Shown here piece after piece: positions 56,542 through 64,000 of a stretch of 64,000 nt of DNA; the stretch's first letter is position 1; every line of letters starts with the position of its first letter. The stretch spans positions 62,001 through 126,000 of IMG/VR virus record IMGVR_UViG_3300028862_000012. The stretch is one strand, 5' to 3'. The position numbers and the translations under genes are program-made. Under the pieces are notes generated by a model. It worked only from the letters and a program-made list of their open reading frames with translations. It ran no database searches and was not told the DNA's origin.

Positions 56542-57240
56542 ATGCTACTAAAAGATTTATATAATGTTGCCTTTGATACAAATACTACTGTTATAAAAAT
56601 AGTAAGTTTTAATAAAACAATTGATGCTAATATAGGTGTATACAATAATATGATGACAGTAAACTTAGCTCCATCAAATAGCAAAATTGATTGGTTGATT
56701 AATTTTACTTTTTTACTTAAAACATTTCCAATGTTTAGACATTTAAAGAAACCAAGCTATGCAAAGAAAGATAGTAAAGTTCGAGTTCATTCTGGATATT
56801 TGAATGAGTGGATGAAATATCGGGAATCTTTTTTTAATATAATTAGAGCTGATACTACCTTAATGATTGCTTTATCTAATGGATTAATTGTAACAGGGCG
56901 ATCTAAAGGTGGTGGAGAAAGTTCTATTATTGCACTTGATATAGTTCGTAATTTTAATGTAGATAAAGAAAAATGTTATGTATTGCAAGCAGAAGCACCT
57001 AAAATTGGGAATAAAGAATATGTTAAATCTGTGTACAAGTATATAAACAAAAAGCATATTTATCATGTATGTTATGGAAATGATATAGTAACAAAGATAG
57101 TTCCTTGGTATTATAATCCCGGTTTGTATCTTCACTTTGGTAAAGGAAAATATTGGCTAAGTATACAGGATCATGTAACAGGATGCTTTTATAGAAATAT
57201 TTTAGATAAATATATTACTGAATATGATAATAGTAATTGA
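56542..57240 (+). CDS. Class 3 lipase-like alpha/beta hydrolase
   Basis: RVHSGY, TGRSKGG (GxSxG), APKIGN, NDIVT and C-terminal DH give a Ser-Asp-His triad. Confidence 0.8.
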   Translation: MLLKDLYNVAFDTNTTVIKIVSFNKTIDANIGVYNNMMTVNLAPSNSKIDWLINFTFLLKTFPMFRHLKKPSYAKKDSKVRVHSGYLNEWMKYRESFFNIIRADTTLMIALSNGLIVTGRSKGGGESSIIALDIVRNFNVDKEKCYVLQAEAPKIGNKEYVKSVYKYINKKHIYHVCYGNDIVTKIVPWYYNPGLYLHFGKGKYWLSIQDHVTGCFYRNILDKYITEYDNSN

Positions 57241-57265
57241 TACATATTTGTTTTTATGGTAGTAT
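57237..57265 (+). promoter_or_regulatory. sigma70-type promoter (leaderless geometry)
   Basis: TTGATA-N17-TAGTAT with TGn. The helicase ATG follows after a 6-nt gap. Confidence 0.6.
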
Positions 57266-57271
57266 AGTTAT

Positions 57272-59191
57272 ATGTTAAAAATAAATTATAATAAAGAATT
57301 AGATGAAGTTTACATACAAGTCTATAATTCGATATATTTTAATGAAATACAGGAAGTATTTCGTCAATATGGTGTAAGTTATGATAAAGAGTTTAAAATA
57401 AATTACTGCAATCCTAAAAACTTTTTGGATATGCGGAAAGCACTTTCTGACATAGAACCATTTAGATTAATGAAAGAAGATGAAGATGCACTTAAAACTT
57501 ATCTAACTAAACCTGCTGATATAAAAGTATACAGAAAAGCATTACATCCTGATAATTGGAAATATAAACCTTTAGATGATTATCAGACTGATGCAGTAAA
57601 GTTTATGGTAACTCATGAGGCAGGTATAATTAACTTACCGTGTGGTAGTGGTAAAACATGGGTGTATGAAACAGGAATAGAAGAATTATTAAATGATAAT
57701 ACTATTGAAAAAATATTGATTATCAGTACTCGATCAAGCTTGTATAATTGGCAACGAGAGATATTAAAGTTTAGTAAAACCTTAAAAGAAACAGATATTC
57801 AAATTGTAGTAAATGAAGATAATCGAAAAGTATTTGAAATCTATGCAGATAAAAAAATACTTATAACTGATTATGATACTTACAAACTTATATCAGAGCA
57901 TTATACTGCTTTGGTAGATACGCCTAAAAAAGAATTAAAAAAGCTAAAAGAAGATAATAGTAAAAAGTTTAAGAAAATACGAATAAGCAAGGATATACGA
58001 AAGACTCGGGTAGACTTGACTCCTTGGAATCCTAACAATAAAGCTTGTATACTGTTAGATTAAATTCATAAAATAAAAAACGACTCTGCACGTTCTGCTC
58101 ATATAAAAGCTATAGCTCCTAGCTTTATTCGGCGTTATGGAGGAAGTGGAACACTACTACCTCGTGACTTCTTAGATAGCTTTAATCCGGCTCATTTTTT
58201 AAGTCCTTCTATTTATTTCAATTATGGAAAAACTAAATGGAAAGAAGATTTTTGCTTATGTGAGAATAAAAACAATAAGTATGCAGTAACTGGCTATGAT
58301 GAAGAAAAATTAGAGATATATAAAAATCGATTTAGTAGGTATGTTTTTTCTAAGACAGAAGAGGAGTGTTTTAAAGGAACTTTGCCAGAATATATTCCTA
58401 AGAAGATTTATATTCCCATGACTGATGAAATGAGAGAATTGTATGATAACATAACAGAACTTAAATTTAGAGAAATTGAAGAAAAAATAGGTTATCTAAA
58501 AGCTCAAAAGTGTATGAACGTATTCCCTTATTTAATACTTATGTTATCAGATGTAAGCTTAATTAAGAATGAAATAATTCAGGATGAGAATACAAAGATA
58601 TTTAAGTCATGGAGTATAAAGCGTAATCCAAAATTTGACATCATGAATTCAATTATTGAAGATCATTTTGAGGACGATGAAGATTGTAAAATAGCTATAG
58701 GCGGGTTTCATCCAAAAGTATTGGATATGATTGGAGATAGTTGTAAGTATAAATATATGGTGTTACATGGAGAAAATACAAAAGGTAGTAATAAAGATAA
58801 AGTGCGCGATGATGCTATAGAAGAGTTTAAACATAATAAAGATATTAAATTGCTCATTTTACAACCACAAATTTTTAGTGAAGCAATAAATATTACAGAA
58901 GCAAACGTACAAATAAATTGGGATTTTTCGTGGGAGTTTGATAAGAACTTTCAATTCAGTCGCCGGTTCTATCGTAAAGGACAAACTAAAAAGACATATC
59001 GATATGATTTAATTATTGATAAATCAGTGGAGATACTTCAGCAGAAAGTTTTGAATGACAGATTTCTATTAAATAATATTACTAATAATTTTGAAATGCT
59101 TTCAATGGAAGAATGGAAAGGATTAAAAAATGGTGATGAAAGTGTTATTGATTTATTAATAGAAAAGGTAAAAGAAAAGCAGGGCTTATGA
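57272..59191 (+). CDS. SNF2/SF2 helicase interrupted by a single in-frame TAA at 58061-58063
   Basis: Walker A PCGSGKT, then CILLD*IHKIKN. The same frame stays open through GSGT (motif III), EAINITEAN and QFSRRFYRKGQ (motif VI) to the stop at 59191. The track splits it into 57272-58063 and 58382-59191. Confidence 0.85.
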
Positions 59192-59439
59192 GTACAGATT
59201 TTTGTTGTCCTGATTGTAAATGGTGGCCTCCTGATAGTTATTACTATATTAAAGAAAAGCAAGTTATTGAATGTAGTAACAATATAAAACATAATGTATA
59301 TCCAAAGTATTTAGAAATTTATACTGATTGGAAAAATCGTAGATGTTATCGGAAAGTATTTAAATGTGGAAAATGTTTTAAAGAGTTTGAACAAAGTATA
59401 GTAGAGGAAAACATTATTGTAGAGGAAAAAGATGATTAA
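59188..59439 (+). CDS. Small Cys-rich protein
   Basis: CPDC...C...CGKC. Overlaps the helicase stop (ATGA). Confidence 0.55.
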   Translation: MSTDFCCPDCKWWPPDSYYYIKEKQVIECSNNIKHNVYPKYLEIYTDWKNRRCYRKVFKCGKCFKEFEQSIVEENIIVEEKDD

Positions 59440-60199
59440 AAATAATAGTATACACGAAGGTGATTGTTTAGATATATTGCCATTAATTGAAGATAAATCT
59501 ATAGATATGGTTTTGGCAGATTTGCCTTTTGAGACAACTCAGAACTTTTGGGATGTATTAATTGATTTACCTAAACTTTGGATTCAGTATGAACGAGTAA
59601 TAAAAGATAACGGAGCTATACTTTTATTTGCTCAAACACCTTTTGATAAAATACTTGGATGTAGTAACTTAAAATTATTAAAATATGAATGGATATGGGA
59701 AAAAAGCAAAGCTACTGGATTTTTAAATGCTAAAAAGTTTCCATTAAAAGCCCATGAGAATATTTTAGTGTTCTATAAGCATCCTCATATTTATAACCCT
59801 CAAATGACTAAAGGTACACCTTATAATAAAGGATTAATTAAAGCACAAAATGGGAACGGTAGCTATTCAAACTATAATGAAAAGGTAGGGAAGAATGATA
59901 CAGGAGATAGATTACCTCGCGATGTTATTTATTTTAAGACAGCAGAAACAGAGGGTAAACAGACTCATAGTACTCAAAAGCCTGTAGCTTTATTAGAGTA
60001 TTTTATAAAGACTTATACTAACGAAAACATGCTAGTATTAGATAATTGCGCCGGAAGTTTTAGTACAGGGGTAGCTTGTTGTAATACAAATAGAAATTAT
60101 ATCTTGATTGAAAAAGATCATGATATTTTTTGTAAAGGGAAAGCTCGATTAGAAAAAGTGTTGGAAGATAAGCAAAATAGCTTATTAACTATTTTATAA
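59432..60199 (+). CDS. DNA N6-A/N4-C methyltransferase (beta class)
   Basis: GDCLD, ADLPF (DPPY-like), HSTQKPVALLEYFIKTYT and VLDNCAGSFSTG. Confidence 0.9.
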   Translation: MIKNNSIHEGDCLDILPLIEDKSIDMVLADLPFETTQNFWDVLIDLPKLWIQYERVIKDNGAILLFAQTPFDKILGCSNLKLLKYEWIWEKSKATGFLNAKKFPLKAHENILVFYKHPHIYNPQMTKGTPYNKGLIKAQNGNGSYSNYNEKVGKNDTGDRLPRDVIYFKTAETEGKQTHSTQKPVALLEYFIKTYTNENMLVLDNCAGSFSTGVACCNTNRNYILIEKDHDIFCKGKARLEKVLEDKQNSLLTIL

Positions 60200-60209
60200 G
60201 GAAAAAATA

Positions 60210-60908
60210 ATGTGTTATATGGGTGGAAAAAATAGAATTAGAAAACAAATATCAGTGTTTCTTGAAAGCGTAAGAAAACCAGAACAAACATATTTTGAGC
60301 CGTTTGTTGGCGGTGCGTGGGTTTTGCAGGAAATGAGTGGGAAGCGTATTGCAAGTGATGGAAATAATGCGTTAATAACTATGTATAAGGCTTTACAATC
60401 AGGATGGATACCTCCTGATGAAATAACTTTAGAACAATATAACTATTATAAAAAAATAAAAAATGAACAAGATCCTATGACTGCTTTTGTTGGTTTTGGA
60501 TGTAGTCATAGTGGAAAATGGTTTAATGGATTTGCACATAGTAATACTAGAAATTATTGTTATAATGCAAAAAATAGTTTATTGAAACAATTAGAATATA
60601 TTAAAGATGTAGAGTTTATATACGGAGATTTTAAAGATCATGAACCAAGGGACTGTTTAATTTATTGTGATCCGCCTTACAAAGATACTACAAGCTATGG
60701 TTATTTTAAATCATTTAATTATGAATTATATTATGAGACTATTAAATTATGGAGCTATAATAATACTGTAATTGTTTCTGAATATAATATGCCAGAAGAT
60801 TTTGAGTGTGTTTTAGAAATAAATACTAAAACAGACATGAGAACAAAAAACTTAGTAGAACAATCTAGAGTTGAAAAATTATTTAGATATAAAAGAGGTA
60901 TTAAATGA
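60210..60908 (+). CDS. Dam/D12-class N6-adenine methyltransferase (alpha class)
   Basis: YMGGK, YFEPFVGG and IYCDPPY. Confidence 0.9.
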   Translation: MCYMGGKNRIRKQISVFLESVRKPEQTYFEPFVGGAWVLQEMSGKRIASDGNNALITMYKALQSGWIPPDEITLEQYNYYKKIKNEQDPMTAFVGFGCSHSGKWFNGFAHSNTRNYCYNAKNSLLKQLEYIKDVEFIYGDFKDHEPRDCLIYCDPPYKDTTSYGYFKSFNYELYYETIKLWSYNNTVIVSEYNMPEDFECVLEINTKTDMRTKNLVEQSRVEKLFRYKRGIK

Positions 60909-61252
60909 GTTTTACAGTAAATGGAATTGGTGCAATTATTATATTAGTTGCCTTAGGTATAGATATTTGCTATAATATCTATAAGTTTATTAATTGGATA
61001 ATTACGCAAAGTAAGTCATTGAATGATGATCCTTTATTTAGAGCTAATGTAGACTATGTTAATAAAATACGTGACTATATAAAGCATGAAGATGCTATCA
61101 TTGATATAGTGAGTTTTACTACTCAAGCTATTCCTTTATATGAAAAAGATTATCCAGAGTTAGTACAAGATAATTTAAGAATGCAAAGAATAAAAGAAAA
61201 CTTATATACACTTTCTGAAATAATAATGAGGGATAATACTGTATGCTTATAG
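60905..61252 (+). CDS. Membrane-anchored hypothetical protein
   Basis: N-terminal hydrophobic helix. Confidence 0.55.
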   Translation: MSFTVNGIGAIIILVALGIDICYNIYKFINWIITQSKSLNDDPLFRANVDYVNKIRDYIKHEDAIIDIVSFTTQAIPLYEKDYPELVQDNLRMQRIKENLYTLSEIIMRDNTVCL

Positions 61253-61548
61253 AAATAAAAGACTTTTGGTATGTAGAGACTTCTACTGTAGACGGAATTC
61301 GATTAGATGTTCGTGGATGGTGGCGTAATAAATATCCGGTAATTATTATAGAACGATTCAAAGCAAAGAATATTATTCTATCTGATTTTGATAATAGTGA
61401 AGCACTTCAAAAAGAGTTTGAGCGATTAGTAAAGCTGTTTAATGAATGGGAAGTGTTTTTAAATAAGCATCATGATATAAATAAAACAATTAGACAGGTA
61501 AATAAAGTTACTACTAAGCAAGTTAGTAATAAGGAAAGTAAAATATAA
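61243..61548 (+). CDS. Hypothetical protein
   Basis: 101-aa ORF ending before the convergent terminator. Confidence 0.55.
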   Translation: MLIEIKDFWYVETSTVDGIRLDVRGWWRNKYPVIIIERFKAKNIILSDFDNSEALQKEFERLVKLFNEWEVFLNKHHDINKTIRQVNKVTTKQVSNKESKI

Positions 61549-61549
61549 A

Positions 61550-61587
61550 AGTAGCTACTGAAACATTTAAACTTTTCAGTAGCTACT
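61550..61587. terminator. Hairpin between convergent genes (bidirectional terminator-like)
   Basis: AGTAGCTACTGAAA-loop-TTTCAGTAGCTACT, 14-bp stem. Confidence 0.7.
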
Positions 61588-61593
61588 AATTAA

Positions 61594-61956
61594 TTACTGA
61601 ATATCTACAGTAACTTCAGCTTTCTTTTCTTCTTCACTCAGGGGTACAAACAGAGTAAGTATACCTGCATCAAGCTTAGTAGTAAGCTTTGTAATATCAT
61701 ACTTTTCACTGATGGAACCTTTACGAGTAACATCCTTAATTGAAACAGTAATAATATTCTTTTTATACGTTACTTTAATGTCTTCTTTCTTCTTGCGCGG
61801 AACCTCAAATTCAATAGTAAGTCCCTCAGTATCTTCCTTAATTGTCATAGGATACTTTTCTTTAGTTTCAAAATGGGTAATTTCATAATTACCAAGCGAA
61901 TCAACTAAATAAGAAAAAAGGTCATCAAAATCAGAAACTCCAGTAAATCTGTTCAT
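61594..61956 (-). CDS. Small heat-shock protein (Hsp20/alpha-crystallin)
   Basis: YPMTIKE...IEFEVP.KKKEDIKVT...ITVS...ITKLTTKLDAGILTLFVP...VTVDIQ. Start set at ATG 61956 after a GGAG SD. Confidence 0.85.
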   Translation of the reverse strand: MNRFTGVSDFDDLFSYLVDSLGNYEITHFETKEKYPMTIKEDTEGLTIEFEVPRKKKEDIKVTYKKNIITVSIKDVTRKGSISEKYDITKLTTKLDAGILTLFVPLSEEEKKAEVTVDIQ

Positions 61957-62010
61957 ACATAGCTCCAAAAAATATTAAATTATGTCTACATACATAGACA
62001 CTAATATACA

Positions 62011-62027
62011 AGCAATAATCGTGCCAA
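62011..62027 (-). promoter_or_regulatory. sigma54 (-24/-12) promoter upstream of hsp20
   Basis: Minus strand reads TTGGCACG-ATTA-TTGCT, an exact match to TGGCACG-N4-TTGCW, about 55 nt upstream of the start. Confidence 0.8.
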
Positions 62028-62196
62028 CTTTACAATAGTATAATTATATTAAAATATGTATATATAATAGAAGAAACTTGACAAAAAGTATAGTATTTCA
62101 TGTGCTTTTTATTAGATAAAAATTTATATACTATATTTTGACACACTATGACTAAAAGATGCGTTATTTTGACACATCTATTTTATACTATTTATG

Positions 62197-62225
62197 TTGA
62201 CAACAGAGTAAATCAGTGATAAAGT
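62197..62225 (+). promoter_or_regulatory. sigma70-type promoter (leaderless geometry)
   Basis: TTGACA-N17-TAAAGT with TGn. ATG 62232 follows after a 6-nt gap. Confidence 0.65.
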
Positions 62226-62231
62226 TTAGTA

Positions 62232-62489
62232 ATGACTATTTTAATTACTACTTTTACTATTCGGAAAAAAGTATACGAAGTATATACAGGTGACTATATC
62301 CTGTTTAATGGTGCTTGTTATCAATTCTGTACAGGCAATAAACGAGCGTTAGGTTTTGAAGGATATCATAGTTACTATTCTATACCTTTAACAGCAAAAG
62401 TATTAAAATCTATTGACTTAAACTTATTACAGAAAGTTGAAATAGGACATAAAGAAGATAGATCATTACTTACTTATTATTATTTTTAG
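62232..62489 (+). CDS. Hypothetical protein
   Basis: 85-aa ORF. Confidence 0.6.
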   Translation: MTILITTFTIRKKVYEVYTGDYILFNGACYQFCTGNKRALGFEGYHSYYSIPLTAKVLKSIDLNLLQKVEIGHKEDRSLLTYYYF

Positions 62490-62515
62490 GAAATAGCTAT
62501 GAATGGAGAAATAAT

Positions 62516-63265
62516 ATGGTTATTATAATGTATGGACTTCCTGCCAGTGGTAAAACCACTATGGCTATGAAACTATTTGAAGAGTACTTCAATGAAAATG
62601 AAAAGAAATATGGGGATGATAAACAAAAAGTTGTCTATCTAAATGTAGATAAGCAGGATAAAAAAACCATTAGTAATACAACTAATTATGGCAGAAATGC
62701 TCGTACTATAGACATACTTATTGTAGATGGTTTTTTTAAATCAACTATTAATATAGCTGAAAAAGTATGGGATACAGGTAAGTATTTAAGTTTTGATATT
62801 AGAAATATTATCATAATTGAGTTTGATCAGAATATACAGGCTTGCTTATCAAATGATAAAAAGCGCAATAGAGACAATAAAGCCACTAATTCAATTACTG
62901 AAGGTATTGAACCTTTTAATATGGAAACTTTTAAAAGTACTTTCTTCAAAGATAGAATGTATTATTTGAAAGATGCACAGATCGAAGTTAAAAAACAAGA
63001 GGTAGTTAACTATGCTGATGTAGATATCTGTACTATATATTCTGACTGGAAGTATGGAAATGCTATAACAGACGATTTTGATGAACTTGATGAATGGCTT
63101 GAGAAAAACTATCCTACTCTTACTTTTTTGCAGTACAAGAAAATTTGCAAATTAATTCATACAGAAGAAGATTTTACTTCTGATTATTATGATGAGCATG
63201 ATACCCGTTCTATTCAGCGCAGTATAAAAATTTCTGATATATTGGAGATATTAAGTGGCTGTTAA
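62516..63265 (+). CDS. P-loop kinase-like protein (AAA_33 / polynucleotide-kinase-like)
   Basis: IMYGLPASGKTT, LIVDG and ACLSNDKKR. Confidence 0.7.
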   Translation: MVIIMYGLPASGKTTMAMKLFEEYFNENEKKYGDDKQKVVYLNVDKQDKKTISNTTNYGRNARTIDILIVDGFFKSTINIAEKVWDTGKYLSFDIRNIIIIEFDQNIQACLSNDKKRNRDNKATNSITEGIEPFNMETFKSTFFKDRMYYLKDAQIEVKKQEVVNYADVDICTIYSDWKYGNAITDDFDELDEWLEKNYPTLTFLQYKKICKLIHTEEDFTSDYYDEHDTRSIQRSIKISDILEILSGC

Positions 63266-63731
63266 ATCATGTTATAACTATGGCTATATTGATGAAAAAG
63301 ATTGTTATCATGTTTGTGGACATACTGTTAAGGGATACATAACTTACAGTCATGATCTTTTAATAAAGTCTCGACGAGTTCGTGGTATAAAGAATTCTGA
63401 GAGCGTAAATATTTTAGATCATAAATATATTGGTAAATCTTTTATTGATAGTGATAATAAAAAGAAAACAATAAAAGAAGTTTGGAAACACTTTGGATTT
63501 GGTGTTTACTATGTTGCTTTGTATGAAGATGAATTTAATTCACATGGAACCTTTGTATTGGAAAGTGAAGGAAATGCAATAGAAAAGTTATTTGATAATG
63601 GGCGCGGAAAGTATTATGAATTTAGAAGTAAAAGTAGTTTAAGTAACTTTGCTAATGTAGTGACAAGCTGGTATAAAGAAAACTTATATCAGCTTCCAAA
63701 AGATTTCAATGGAAAGATAAAAAGGATATAA
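63255..63731 (+). CDS. Hypothetical protein
   Basis: 158-aa ORF overlapping the previous stop. Confidence 0.55.
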   Translation: MAVKSCYNYGYIDEKDCYHVCGHTVKGYITYSHDLLIKSRRVRGIKNSESVNILDHKYIGKSFIDSDNKKKTIKEVWKHFGFGVYYVALYEDEFNSHGTFVLESEGNAIEKLFDNGRGKYYEFRSKSSLSNFANVVTSWYKENLYQLPKDFNGKIKRI

Positions 63732-63732
63732 T

Positions 63733-63978
63733 ATGTGGACAAAAGATAAGCCTATTGAATCTGGATTTTATTGGTTTTATGGTGATGTTTTTTGGGATCA
63801 ATTGCCTCATGATGAAGGTAGAAATCCATTTGAACCTAAGCTGGAATTAGTTCAGTTTAAAGTTATAAGAAATAATGATATATTATACATTTCCCACAAT
63901 ACTTTTTGTTATAATATGAAAGGTGTTTGGTGGGACGAAAAAATACAAGAACCAGAATTGCCAACAGGTATAATATGA
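63733..63978 (+). CDS. Hypothetical protein
   Basis: 81 aa, WTKDKP.ESGFYW motif common in small phage proteins. Confidence 0.55.
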   Translation: MWTKDKPIESGFYWFYGDVFWDQLPHDEGRNPFEPKLELVQFKVIRNNDILYISHNTFCYNMKGVWWDEKIQEPELPTGII

Positions 63979-64000
63979 GTTTACAAAACTATAGTAACTG

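Noticed and set aside
4262-61361. Many short opposite-strand or overlapping ORFs in the track (e.g. 4262, 5438, 8520, 9059-10837, 15347, 15614, 19306, 22129, 32781, 34835, 36055, 37303-38213, 46204, 48792, 56436, 56884, 59038, 61128)
   Set aside because: They are shadows of long genes with recognisable motifs. They lack SD or promoter signals and show the composition expected of antisense frames.
1-64000. Alternative genetic code (stop-codon reassignment)
   Set aside because: Coding density is high in code 11, and TAA, TAG and TGA all end genes cleanly. The only informative in-frame stop is the single one in the helicase.
1-64000. CRISPR array, tRNA or rRNA genes
   Set aside because: No regularly spaced 25-40 nt repeats and no cloverleaf T-loop/D-loop signatures were seen. 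The intergenic gaps are short and explained by promoters and terminators. Not checked with tRNAscan.

Overview
AT-rich fragment of a large lytic T4-like myovirus (contractile-tailed Caudoviricetes) genome, read in standard code 11. I saw no tRNA, rRNA or CRISPR array. Minus strand 1-14.8 kb: baseplate and tape-measure module (gp6-, gp25-, gp5-like), plus a 740-aa protein carrying family-A polymerase / T7-RNAP-type palm motifs. Plus strand from 14.8 kb: lytic transglycosylase, sliding clamp, metallophosphoesterase, nucleotide metabolism, Rad50/gp46-like ATPase and gp32-like SSB. The head module follows (portal, protease-scaffold fusion, decoration protein, major capsid) and is interrupted by two related homing-endonuclease-like genes, one fused to a DNA methyltransferase. 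Next come neck genes, the anaerobic RNR cluster (NrdD with a mini-intein), a putative non-canonical spanin pair, tail terminator/sheath/tube, dUTPase, 5'-3' exonuclease, lipase, a SNF2 helicase broken by one TAA at its Walker-B glutamate, two more methyltransferases and an Hsp20 behind a textbook sigma54 promoter. Three promoter classes are visible: sigma70, sigma54 and a phage-specific TAACTATTA element (about 20 copies, mostly intergenic). Several genes look leaderless. All product calls come from motif recognition by eye, not database searches.
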